Positions 19,045-27,599 are shown, counted from the first letter of the stretch. The stretch: 64,000 bases of DNA from Verrucomicrobiota bacterium (GCA_027622665.1 JAQBYT010000006.1:32001-96000), one strand, 5' to 3'. The notes: generated by a model from the letters alone, not told the origin. Numbers and translations: made by a program.

Positions 19045-21207
19045 TCAGTTGATCTTGATTCTTACCTTCTTCACTTCGCCGGGGAAGGGGAAGGCATCCT
19101 TGTAGAGTCCGACGGTTCCACCTTCGTCTCGCCCGACCTGCAAGCCGTCGATCGGCATCTCCGCAACCAGTCCCGAAAGCTTCCCTTCGCCGATTATCTG
19201 TTTGCCATCGAAAAATTTCACTTCCCCATTCTTGTGTAATTGCACGAGGCCTTTTCTGGTTTTGCTCTCGAGAGGGCTCGTTGCCTTCACGACCGAAAAC
19301 TTTCCGTTCCGGCAAACCCCGAAGTGAAGACGATCTTCCTCGATGTACAGCACCCAGCCGTGAGCGTCCCCACCTTGAGCCACGAGTACGCCGTCACCCT
19401 TGCCTTGGTACTCGGCTTCAACCTCGAAGGTCTTGTTTGCGATCATGGGGGCGTTCTCCATATTGAGCAGATCCTTTTCCTTCAGGTTGAAAGTCTTTTT
19501 CTTGCTTCCCTTCTTCTTTGAAGCGCTGCCGCCCCATGGCCACGGCTTGGCCTTGGCTTCCTCCGCCCAGGTTTCCCACCGCTCGGCCATCTCCTTGGCC
19601 CGCTCAGGATGCTTCTCGCTCAAGTCGTTCAGTTCCGTCCGGTCCTGCTCCAGGTCATAGAGTTCCCACGGGCCCTTGGATCCCTTGGCCACCAGTTTCC
19701 ATTTTCCGATCCGGATGGCCCGGTTTCCCTCGTGCTCCCAGAAAATCGGGTTCTCGCGTTCGATTTTTTCACCAGAGAATGCGGGGGCGATCGAGACCCC
19801 CTGCAGTGGAACGATGGCTTGGCCTTTTACCTTTTCCGGGTAGGTGGCCTTACCCAAGTCCGCGCAGGTGGCCATGAGGTCGATCAAGTGGGCGGGTTGG
19901 GAATCAAGCTTTCCGTTGAGCTTCTTCTCGATTCCGTTCGGCCAATGAGCTACCAAGGGGGCACTGATCCCTCCCTCGTGCACCCAGTGCTTGTACTGGC
20001 GGAACGGCGTGTTGCTCGCGTTCGCCCAAGACAAGCCGTATCCATGGTAAGTATCCGCCCCACCTGTCATGACCTCGGTTCCCTGCTTGACCACGACTCC
20101 GTCGCGTGTGCGTTTGGGGATCATGTCGATCTGCAGGTCGGTCGCCTTCATCGGCTTCAACTGGTCGGGGTCCTTGTCCTTGTACTGGATGCCACTTCGG
20201 CGTCCCATGCCCTCGGCGCATCCACCGTTGTCAGCCAGGAAAAGTATGAGCGTATCGTCAAGCACACCCTTCTTCTCAAGGGCCCCGATAACGCGTCCGA
20301 TGCCTTGGTCTAAGCGATCGACCATTGCGGCGTAGGTTTCCATCAGGCGGATTTCCCATTCCTTGTTCGGGGCGTCCTTCCAGGCGATCCCGTCCCTCGG
20401 TGACAATTTCCATTTCTTGTCGATCAGGTCCATTTTCAACTGGCGCTGGTAACGGGCTTCCCGCATGACCTCCCAGCCCTTGTCGTAGCGTCCCTTGTAC
20501 TTGGCCATGTCTTCGGGCAAGGCGTGCATCGGCCAGTGGGGCGCCGTGTGGGCGACGTACATGAAGAACGGCTCGTCCCCCTTGTGCTCGGTGATGAAAC
20601 GGGCGGCGTGGTCGTTGATTGCATCGGTGTAGTAAAAAGTCTTGGGCTTGTACTCCGGGTCGGCGTAGGGGGAAATCAGGGTGTTGTCCCGGGTCAGGGA
20701 ATTTGGGTCGAAGAAACTGCCCGCCCCGTGAATCGTTCCGTAGAAGCGATCGAACCCGCGCTGCCTTGGCCAGTTGTGTTGGGAGGCACCGGGTTGAATC
20801 TTCGGGGTGACGTGCCACTTGCCCGATATATAGGTCGAGTAGTCCGCCGTCTTCATCACCTCCGCGATGGTTCGGACGTTGCTCCCCAGATCTCCACGGT
20901 AGCCGGGCAGACCACGGTCGTTCATCATGTGCCCGATCCCCGCTTGGTGTGGGTAGGTGCCCGTGAGCAGACTGGCCCGAGTCGGGCAACAGCGTCCGGT
21001 GTTGTAGAACTGGGTGAATCGCAAGCCGTTCCCTGCTAGGCGGTCGAGGTTGGGAGTTTCAATCTCGCTGCCGTAGCAGCCGATGTCCGACCATCCCATG
21101 TCATCGGCCATGATAATTATAAGATTCGGTCGAGCAGCGGACCAGGCAAGGGCGGATGCAGTGAATGATGTGGCAAAGGCCAAGATGGTTCGAATAATGG
21201 GTTTCAT
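19045..21207 (-). CDS. arylsulfatase (S1 formylglycine-dependent) with C-terminal beta-sandwich/LamG-like extension
   Basis: Signal peptide; IMADDMG, CCPTRASLLTG, GKWH, RGFD, APHWP. About 150 aa C-terminal extension (GVLVAQGG..GWVLYI...GLQVGRDEG). Confidence 0.95.
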   Translation of the reverse strand: MKPIIRTILAFATSFTASALAWSAARPNLIIIMADDMGWSDIGCYGSEIETPNLDRLAGNGLRFTQFYNTGRCCPTRASLLTGTYPHQAGIGHMMNDRGLPGYRGDLGSNVRTIAEVMKTADYSTYISGKWHVTPKIQPGASQHNWPRQRGFDRFYGTIHGAGSFFDPNSLTRDNTLISPYADPEYKPKTFYYTDAINDHAARFITEHKGDEPFFMYVAHTAPHWPMHALPEDMAKYKGRYDKGWEVMREARYQRQLKMDLIDKKWKLSPRDGIAWKDAPNKEWEIRLMETYAAMVDRLDQGIGRVIGALEKKGVLDDTLILFLADNGGCAEGMGRRSGIQYKDKDPDQLKPMKATDLQIDMIPKRTRDGVVVKQGTEVMTGGADTYHGYGLSWANASNTPFRQYKHWVHEGGISAPLVAHWPNGIEKKLNGKLDSQPAHLIDLMATCADLGKATYPEKVKGQAIVPLQGVSIAPAFSGEKIERENPIFWEHEGNRAIRIGKWKLVAKGSKGPWELYDLEQDRTELNDLSEKHPERAKEMAERWETWAEEAKAKPWPWGGSASKKKGSKKKTFNLKEKDLLNMENAPMIANKTFEVEAEYQGKGDGVLVAQGGDAHGWVLYIEEDRLHFGVCRNGKFSVVKATSPLESKTRKGLVQLHKNGEVKFFDGKQIIGEGKLSGLVAEMPIDGLQVGRDEGGTVGLYKDAFPFPGEVKKVRIKIN

Positions 21208-21290
21208 TGTTGTTTCAGGTTCAGGGCAACAGGCTTTTCGCTTGCCTGCAGGGGGGAATTATTGTTGGAATTATCCTTTGTATCCTGTGG

Positions 21291-21364
21291 GGCGCGGTAG
21301 CCAAGTGGTAAGGCCGGGGACTGCAAATCCTCTATCCCGGGTTCGAATCCCGGCCGCGCCTCCA
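21291..21364 (+). tRNA. tRNA-Cys(GCA)
   Basis: Acceptor stem GGCGCGG/CCGCGCC, D-loop AAGTGGTAA, anticodon loop CTGCAAA (GCA at 21323-21325), T-loop GTTCGAATC, encoded CCA. Confidence 0.98.
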
Positions 21365-21383
21365 ATTCCTCTTTCCGAATGCT

Positions 21384-21956
21384 CTATTTTTGTTCGATCG
21401 CTTTTTTGATGGAAGCGATTACTTCCGGGGAGTCTGGCTTTTGACCGGGTTTGAAACGCTTGAGAGGAGTACCATCACGCCCAATCAGAAACTTTCCGAA
21501 GTTCCATTCTACGTTGCCCGGGAAGGCTCCTTTGTCACCGGTAAGTCGAGAGTAGAGTTCGTGCTGCTTTGGGCCTTTCTTGACGATTACTTTGTCGAAC
21601 ATGGGGAAGGTGACGTCGAAGCGGGACTTGCAGAACTTTTTGATTTCTTCGTTCCCTCCGGGTTCTTGTCCGCCGAAATCGTTGCAAGGAAAGCCGAGGA
21701 CGGTGAAACCCTTGCTCTTGTATTCACGATGAACCGCTTCCAACTGCTTGTATTGCTTGGTAAGCCCGCATTGTGAGGCTACGTTCACAACAAGCAGAAC
21801 CTTTCCCTTGTAGTCTCCGATGGTGGATTTCTTTCCATCGATGGTAGTGATCTTTACGTCGTGCAAGCCAACTGATGGCTTGGAAAGCTTCTTTGCCCCG
21901 AAAGCAAAACCACCGGCGAATATTAATGTTAGAGTAAGAATTAAGTTTTTTTGCAT
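21384..21956 (-). CDS. glutathione peroxidase family protein (Cys-type) with signal peptide
   Basis: VNVASQCGLT, LGFPCNDFGGQEPG, WNFGKFLI. Confidence 0.95.
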   Translation of the reverse strand: MQKNLILTLTLIFAGGFAFGAKKLSKPSVGLHDVKITTIDGKKSTIGDYKGKVLLVVNVASQCGLTKQYKQLEAVHREYKSKGFTVLGFPCNDFGGQEPGGNEEIKKFCKSRFDVTFPMFDKVIVKKGPKQHELYSRLTGDKGAFPGNVEWNFGKFLIGRDGTPLKRFKPGQKPDSPEVIASIKKAIEQK

Positions 21957-22191
21957 GTTCGTATAATGGATTTAGGATTTAATAATGAACCCAAAGCCTC
22001 GAATTCCGCAAGAAGCAAGATTGAATGCAGTCAATTATGAATATCCAAGGCTTTTCTATCGACAAGCTGTTTTCGATTGCTGATCTTCTAGATTCAAGTT
22101 TGTATAAGTTTCTCCTAAGCTTGATGTTCGGCAGGCTGTCTTGTACCTTTAAACCTATACCTGAGAAGATTCCACTTTCGCACATGAGCTC

Positions 22192-23598
22192 ATGAGCGAG
22201 AACGTACAAAAGGATAATCCTGTGGCGCCGGAAGGCGTGCATCGATTTGAGACCGAAGAGTCCGGCGTGGATCCTTCTCTTGTGTCCCGCCTTTCGGATG
22301 CCATCGAAAGCAAGACCGAAGACGATGTTCGGGCCTGCGTTTCCGATGTTCACCATGCCGACCTCGCCGACTTGATTGGCCTTTTGCCGCGATCTCAGCG
22401 ACACCGTTTGCTGAGAATCCTTCGTGTGGATCTCGATCCCGACTTACTTTTGGAGTTGGACGATTCCATTCGGCTCGAGTTGGCCGACGTTTTGTCTCCC
22501 AAGGAAATGGCGGATGCCATTGCGGAAATGGAGTCCGACGAGGCCGTACAGGTGTTGGAGAATCTCCAAAAGGATGAGCTCTCCGACGTCTTGCGCGAGG
22601 TTTCCGCAGAGGATCGCGAGGAAATCGAATTGGGGCTCCACTACCCCGAGTACACTGCTGGCCGCCGAATGCAGATGGAGGTCGTCACCGTGGCGACCGA
22701 TTGGTCGGTTGGTCAGACCATCGACTATCTTCGCACCGAGGCCGATTTGCCCGACGAGTTTTTCGACATTTTCGTGGTAGACGACGCCCGTCGACCAGTG
22801 GGAGTCATTTCCCTGTCTCGCATTTTGCGTTCCCCCAGGTCAACGGCCATGAGTGAAATTGTGGACGAGACGCAAGTCATCGTTCCTGCCGATATGGAAC
22901 AGGAGGAAGTCGCTTTACAGTTCGAAAAATACGATCTCACCACTGCTGGGGTGGTGGATGATGACGGAAAACTTCTCGGTATGATTACGGTGGACGACGT
23001 CATGGAGGTTGCTCGCGAGGAGTTTGAGGAGGACGTATTGCACTTGGGTGGGGTGGGGGAGGAAGCTATCAGCAACTCGGTCTGGACCGCGACCCGCAAG
23101 CGTTTCGCATGGTTGTTGGTGAACCTCGCGACGGCGATTTCGGCATCTTTGGTAATCTATCTGTTCAAAGGAACACTCGAGCACATGGTGGCGCTTGCCG
23201 TACTTATGCCGATTGTGGCCTCTATGGGAGGAAATGCGGGTACGCAAACGCTCACCATTACCGTTCGAGCTCTCGCGACCAAAGAGCTCACGTCCTTCAA
23301 TTCCCTGCGGGTCGTCCGCAAGGAATTGGTGGTTGGTACCCTCAATGGCTGTCTTTTCGCCCTGCTGGCGGGATTTGGTGCGACATATTGGTTCGACGAC
23401 CTTGTTCTCGGTGGAGTGATCGGGGCCGCCATGGTGATCAACATGATGGTGGCGGGGGTGTCGGGAGCTATGCTGCCGATCTTTTTCGAGCGGGTCGGCA
23501 TAGATCCTGCCGTGGCCTCCGGAGTTTTCGTTACCACAGTTACCGACGTCGTGGGCTTCTTCGCTTTTTTGGGCTTGGCCACCCTCGTCTTCCTGTAG
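22192..23598 (+). CDS. mgtE: magnesium transporter MgtE
   Basis: MgtE_N and CBS domains; PIVASMGGNAGTQ, GIDPAVASGVFVTTVTDVVG. Confidence 0.97.
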   Translation: MSENVQKDNPVAPEGVHRFETEESGVDPSLVSRLSDAIESKTEDDVRACVSDVHHADLADLIGLLPRSQRHRLLRILRVDLDPDLLLELDDSIRLELADVLSPKEMADAIAEMESDEAVQVLENLQKDELSDVLREVSAEDREEIELGLHYPEYTAGRRMQMEVVTVATDWSVGQTIDYLRTEADLPDEFFDIFVVDDARRPVGVISLSRILRSPRSTAMSEIVDETQVIVPADMEQEEVALQFEKYDLTTAGVVDDDGKLLGMITVDDVMEVAREEFEEDVLHLGGVGEEAISNSVWTATRKRFAWLLVNLATAISASLVIYLFKGTLEHMVALAVLMPIVASMGGNAGTQTLTITVRALATKELTSFNSLRVVRKELVVGTLNGCLFALLAGFGATYWFDDLVLGGVIGAAMVINMMVAGVSGAMLPIFFERVGIDPAVASGVFVTTVTDVVGFFAFLGLATLVFL

Positions 23599-23615
23599 GT
23601 CCAACCCGACACGTA

Positions 23616-24599
23616 ATGGCACGCGTTCTCGTTACCGGATCCAGAGGTTGCATAGGCTCAACCGCCGTCGATTGGCTTCTCGAGGAAGGAGCGGAAGAAG
23701 TAATCGGTTTCAACCGAAGCAAACCTTCCTTTCACGAAGCTCAGGAATCGCGCCTGTCTTTCGTTACGGGAGACATCTCCGACTTTTCTCGACTGCGTGA
23801 GGTTGTCCGCGAACTTCAACCCAGTCACGTCCTGCACCTTGCCGCCCTTCAAACTCCCGACTGTCGCGACTACCCGATGCGCGGACTGGAAGTGAACCTT
23901 GTCGGGACAGCCAATCTTTTTCGAGCTTGTTCCGAAGAATTGAAAAAACCTCTCGAGCGCTTTGTTTTTGCCAGTTCCGGAGCAGTATACGGTCCCCGTT
24001 CACTCTACGGACCCAAAGGCGTTTGCCCCGAGGATCCCTACCAACCCTTCAACCTCTACGGATATTGGAAAATTGCGGGCGAGGGAATGGCTCAGGCATT
24101 CCAGCAGGCAACGGGCGCACCGACTGTATCGCTCCGCCTCGCCACGACCTATGGACCCGGTCGCGATCGGGGTTTCACTGCGGCGGGCACTCATGCTCTC
24201 AAGGCAGTCGCCCTTGCCCTACCTTTCGAGATTCCGTACAAGGGGCACGAGCATTACCACTTTTCACCCGATGTTGGGGCTGGCTTCGGGTGCGCCGTTC
24301 TTCATCCATTTTCCGGCTATGGAGCCTTTAATCTTCGTGGGCAAAGCCAACGAATCGAAGACTTCTTGGAACTACTTCGTCAGACTGCAGACAACCGTAG
24401 CTTGTCCGAGCGATTCAAGGTGTCGATTTCTCCCGATGCCGAGGAGACTCCATTCGTATTCGATCTAAACGACGACTCGGCCGTTTCAGCGTTTCCTCTC
24501 ATGCCCCTTACGAATCTCCGACAAGGAATTTCGGATTCCCTCGATTTCTTTCTCGGTGCTGCCGAGAGAGGGGAAATCTCGGGAGCTGACTTGGCCTAA
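23616..24599 (+). CDS. NAD-dependent epimerase/dehydratase (extended SDR)
   Basis: Start at ATG 23616: MARVLVTGSRGCIG; HLAA, ASSGAVYG, YGYWK catalytic YxxxK, TYGPG. The 5' extension in the ORF track overlaps mgtE. Confidence 0.92.
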   Translation: MARVLVTGSRGCIGSTAVDWLLEEGAEEVIGFNRSKPSFHEAQESRLSFVTGDISDFSRLREVVRELQPSHVLHLAALQTPDCRDYPMRGLEVNLVGTANLFRACSEELKKPLERFVFASSGAVYGPRSLYGPKGVCPEDPYQPFNLYGYWKIAGEGMAQAFQQATGAPTVSLRLATTYGPGRDRGFTAAGTHALKAVALALPFEIPYKGHEHYHFSPDVGAGFGCAVLHPFSGYGAFNLRGQSQRIEDFLELLRQTADNRSLSERFKVSISPDAEETPFVFDLNDDSAVSAFPLMPLTNLRQGISDSLDFFLGAAERGEISGADLA

Positions 24600-24775
24600 T
24601 TCAAGTTTTTTCAAAAAGAGGCAGCTGTGATTTGAAGTTATTGCGCATTTGGTGTAAGTATTAATGGAACTTAATTAAAGCTACGTATACCAACTAAATC
24701 ACCTTCGTCTTCACCCTCAGCGTTTCCACTACGGGCGTCTGGTTTCTGATCCAAGCCTAAGGGCGGGTCGAGGGA

Positions 24776-25243
24776 TCAGGATGCTTCTTCGTTCGCAGGA
24801 AGTTCTTGCTCGTTCTCTTCTTCCGTCATTGATGGAATTGCCGAGAGATTTCCCTTGGGTTTAACGGGTTCCGGCTTCTCTTCATCCGCCTCCACTTCTT
24901 CTCTAATCTTTTCGACCAAATCGAGTGCGTCGTTGCGACGTCTCAGTGAACGTTCTTGAAATTTGGCGATCTGGACAAGGGAATCGGCTCCGTCAAAAAT
25001 TGCGTTTGCCAAGTGGTTCAACAGCAAGGCCGGAACCACACCGCCCAAGGCTCCTATTAGAATAAGGATTAGAATAAGGGAAAACATTTCTGAGTCATTC
25101 ACGGCAGGCACCAAGCAAGGTAGACCTGCACAAGCCACGACCGTCAGGACGGAGGTGACTAGACTGAAAGCCCTTCCGGTAGCATAGCCCGTGTTGCGAC
25201 GAATCGCTTCGAGGACCTCGCGGGATTTCTTGTTTTTTCCCAT
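24776..25243 (-). CDS. hypothetical membrane protein
   Basis: MGKNKKSREVLEAIRRNTGY, two hydrophobic segments and an acidic tail. Confidence 0.7.
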   Translation of the reverse strand: MGKNKKSREVLEAIRRNTGYATGRAFSLVTSVLTVVACAGLPCLVPAVNDSEMFSLILILILIGALGGVVPALLLNHLANAIFDGADSLVQIAKFQERSLRRRNDALDLVEKIREEVEADEEKPEPVKPKGNLSAIPSMTEEENEQELPANEEAS

Positions 25244-25375
25244 AAAGCTTATTTTCTTCGCCTTTCCTTTCACAGGCAAGCGGAAAGGTGGGGCTAGTAG
25301 TTGAGTTTTTCTTGGTGCTAAACGCCTGTTTTTGCCCCGAACTTCAACTCTCCATTGATTGGAGATTAGTCAAAA

Positions 25376-25419
25376 TGGTCGGGACGATTGAATTTGAACC
25401 GGCGACCTCTGCGTCCAGA
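25376..25419 (-). pseudogene. degenerate 3' half of a tRNA (probably tRNA-Pro); att-like scar
   Basis: Minus strand TCTGGACGCAGAGGTCGCCGGTTCAAATTCAATCGTCCCGACCA has a variable loop, GGTTCAAAT T-loop and a CCCGACCA end typical of tRNA-Pro. The T-stem no longer pairs and the 5' half is absent. Confidence 0.8.
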
Positions 25420-25462
25420 TTGCCGGACTGGTTATAATATAGATCCAACCTCGTGTCATCAT
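25418..25462 (-). pseudogene. N-terminal stub of a T5orf172/GIY-YIG-like nuclease gene fused to the tRNA fragment
   Basis: Reads MMTRGWIYIITSPAI, similar to the G(W/Y)(V/I)YI(I/L)TNPA(M/F) start of T5orf172 domains. It then runs straight into the tRNA sequence and stops at 25370. Confidence 0.55.
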
Positions 25463-25524
25463 TCCTCCATCCAATACCAGCGGTAGTTCAGGTCAAGCGG
25501 GGTTTCGGAAGTATCGGGACGCCT
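25460..25524 (-). repeat. shared promoter-like/boundary module, copy 1
   Basis: 25460-25498 matches 27667-27705 at 32/39 nt ungapped (TTGACC...ATG on minus). GAAGTATCGGGACGCCT at 25508-25524 matches 27720-27736 at 15/17. Confidence 0.8.
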
Positions 25525-25721
25525 TCGAGCTGCTGCTTTTGCTGGCATACTTCCAGACTATTCGTGAATGTACCGATAAATAAGGTGTAAGATATTACCA
25601 CGCAAGGGTTTGTGGATAAGTGGCGTTGAGTGGCGATAGCAAAAGTTAATTACTTGAAAATCTCTAAGATTTTCTTGCATTGGATAAGCGGATGCCTCTT
25701 TATCGAGAGTGCAAAAAGACA

Positions 25722-25853
25722 ATGGCTAAGAAGAATAATCCCCCCGTCGAGTTTGCGAGCGGAACACCTCCGGATGAAGCTCCAAAGACATGCCCTGTGC
25801 GTCAAGCTGGACAGGCCTCTAGAAAAATCGCAGAGGACGAGTTCTCCGAATGA
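25722..25853 (+). CDS. small hypothetical protein (43 aa) translationally coupled to the downstream ORFan
   Basis: MAKKNNPPVEFASGTPPDEAPKTCPVRQAGQASRKIAEDEFSE*. Its TGA overlaps the next ATG (ATGA at 25850-25853). Confidence 0.5.
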   Translation: MAKKNNPPVEFASGTPPDEAPKTCPVRQAGQASRKIAEDEFSE

Positions 25854-27109
25854 GTGCGAAAAAAAAGAAAGTCACTGAAGTTGACCCAACAGAACTAAAC
25901 CTTGTGCCGCATGAAGAGGGCTTGACCCTTAACTGCTTTGGCGAACCGCTAAGGTTTAGCAACGGTGACATTGCCGTGCATAAAGTAAATACCTTTTGGG
26001 GTCATGTGATTGATGAATTCAGCAATTTCGGGGTTATAGTTGTCGACGAGGATAATTGCTACGCTGGGCCCAAAATAATATGTGGTTTTAACTTTCTAGA
26101 AATTCAAAGATGCGAAATTGAAACAGGAAAGTCTGCATTTATTCAGAATTTTAGAGACTGTATAGCAGTTGACAATATAATTAGGAGGTGCGCTGGCCCC
26201 GAGCTAATTGACCAAATGAGAAGATGGAGGCCAGTTTTAGACTGGCTGGAAAAGCATGAAGTTTCCCTTCCCAATCATCCACAAACTGTAATAGAAAGTA
26301 CTGAAGAGAAGGATGTGTTTACAACTCCCGAGGACATTAGATTCGTTGACTTTATAAGTGACCAATTTACCCAACTTTCAAATTCTCAAAAAGCAGTCGT
26401 TTATTATTTTTTTCATACTCACGCCGCAGTTGTTTTTCCAATAGTTCTCAGCCAATTTCTTTGCACCCCGAGTGAATATGCGAATGGGGTGATGGCTTCT
26501 GAGGTTCTTTTGACAACACTCGGATTAGGCTTGGAACCAGACGAACACGCTGAAATTAGTAGGAATTATCGTGACGATGCCCAAATTGCGGATAAGTATA
26601 TAAGAGCTTACCATAACCTCGGTCCCGACGTTGCCAGTGCTGCTCAACACACCCAAGTGAATTTTGATGAACTTGACCGCGAAAAGTCTAAGATTCTTAA
26701 GGAATTAGTTGAGTTAACCAAGGTAACACAGACTTCGCCTCCCAAAGGTGAAAACTCCGAACTGGACGAATTGATAGAGGGCTTCAAGGAACAACTCGGC
26801 GGTCGTCCAACATGCACCCAAGACGATATTGCAAGGGTCAAGACCTTCGGTAGTAGGCGTACGAAAAAGGAAATCGTTAGGGACGAAAATGGCGATCCTG
26901 TTTACGCCAATGAGGAGGCCAAAAAGGCCAAAAAGCCCTTGATGAAGGACAAAAAGGATAAGGACGGTAACTTGATGCATACGCTAAGTAACGGGCAAGC
27001 TGGCAAATGGGCGGCGGGTTTTGACATTAAAGGCAACGGTCGCCCAGCAAAGTACCCCACGGTCAAGGTGGCCGAAGCCTTGAAGAAGGAACACTTGAGC
27101 AAACCCTAG
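25850..27109 (+). CDS. hypothetical protein (419 aa, AT-rich ORFan with basic C-terminal region)
   Basis: Long uninterrupted ORF with AT-rich codon use unlike its neighbours. No family recognised. Confidence 0.85.
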   Translation: MSAKKKKVTEVDPTELNLVPHEEGLTLNCFGEPLRFSNGDIAVHKVNTFWGHVIDEFSNFGVIVVDEDNCYAGPKIICGFNFLEIQRCEIETGKSAFIQNFRDCIAVDNIIRRCAGPELIDQMRRWRPVLDWLEKHEVSLPNHPQTVIESTEEKDVFTTPEDIRFVDFISDQFTQLSNSQKAVVYYFFHTHAAVVFPIVLSQFLCTPSEYANGVMASEVLLTTLGLGLEPDEHAEISRNYRDDAQIADKYIRAYHNLGPDVASAAQHTQVNFDELDREKSKILKELVELTKVTQTSPPKGENSELDELIEGFKEQLGGRPTCTQDDIARVKTFGSRRTKKEIVRDENGDPVYANEEAKKAKKPLMKDKKDKDGNLMHTLSNGQAGKWAAGFDIKGNGRPAKYPTVKVAEALKKEHLSKP

Positions 27110-27158
27110 ACACGCCCCGCTTGTGCCGGAGTTTACCGATCGGCCGTCTTCAACTCCG

Positions 27159-27221
27159 ACGAGGGTCTCAACTCGTCTCGGCATTTACGACCCCCAAATC
27201 GGTCATTGGCTGATAGGATTG
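27159..27221. repeat. 63-bp direct repeat, copy 1
   Basis: About 53/64 aligned columns identical to 27535-27597, including GGTCATTGGCTGATAG (16/16). Hairpin GACGAG-N8-CTCGTC. Confidence 0.85.
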
Positions 27222-27264
27222 ATTGTCTGATAAGCCTTCCCGAACTCAAAGGCTCAAAAGGTGC

Positions 27265-27293
27265 TTGGGCATTAAGAAGTAATAGGATATAAG
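27265..27293 (+). promoter_or_regulatory. sigma70-like promoter
   Basis: TTGGGC (27265-70), 17-nt spacer, TATAAG (27288-93). Confidence 0.5.
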
Positions 27294-27299
27294 AATTTT

Positions 27300-27376
27300 A
27301 GACCAACGAGTCCTTACTCAAAGGGTTAAGCCAATCCGAGGTCTAAGCCCTGCAGGTTTTCCTGTAGGGCTTTTTT
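27300..27376 (+). ncRNA. candidate small RNA (~77 nt)
   Basis: Follows the promoter. AGACC/GGTCT closing stem (extends to TTAGACC/GGTCTAA), then a terminator hairpin. No ATG within. Confidence 0.45.
27345..27376 (+). terminator. intrinsic terminator
   Basis: AAGCCCTGCAGG-TTTT-CCTGTAGGGCTT-TTTT: 12-bp stem with one G:U, followed by a U-tract. Confidence 0.9.
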
Positions 27377-27534
27377 GTGCCATCATCGCTAGGCATCATA
27401 GGCTCATGCAATAGCCCTCTTGACCTGTTCCTTATTGTACCCTCAAGCGTATTGATCCAGTGCCATCTTATTAAACTCATCATCCACCCCCCTCAGTCTG
27501 TAAACGTATGATCGATTAGCTGTTTTGGTCCTCA

Positions 27535-27597
27535 ACGAGGGTAAGAACCTCGTCTCGACATTTAGAACGCCCAACTGGTCATTGGCTGATAGAATTG
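27535..27597. repeat. 63-bp direct repeat, copy 2
   Basis: Partner of 27159-27221; hairpin ACGAGG-N7-CCTCGT. Confidence 0.85.
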
Positions 27598-27599
27598 GA

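Noticed and set aside
17647..19239. 530-aa plus-strand ORF
   Set aside because: Antisense shadow of uxaC and the sulfatase 3' end, explained by GC-rich third codon positions; no motifs.
21291..21400. tRNA-Cys as an integration site
   Set aside because: No duplicated 3' end or integrase; a housekeeping-type gene ends 20 nt downstream.
21760..21790. Possible selenocysteine in glutathione peroxidase
   Set aside because: The active-site codon is TGC (Cys), not TGA.
21957..22191. M-box (ykoK) riboswitch or leader peptide upstream of mgtE
   Set aside because: No recognisable conserved structure or terminator; it appears to be a divergent promoter region.
23109..23615. 5' extension of the 496-aa epimerase ORF
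   Set aside because: It overlaps mgtE out of frame; the Rossmann motif begins at ATG 23616.
27159..27597. 63-bp repeats as a CRISPR array or integron attC sites
   Set aside because: Only two diverged copies about 310 bp apart, no cas genes, and no RYYYAAC/GTTRRRY ends.
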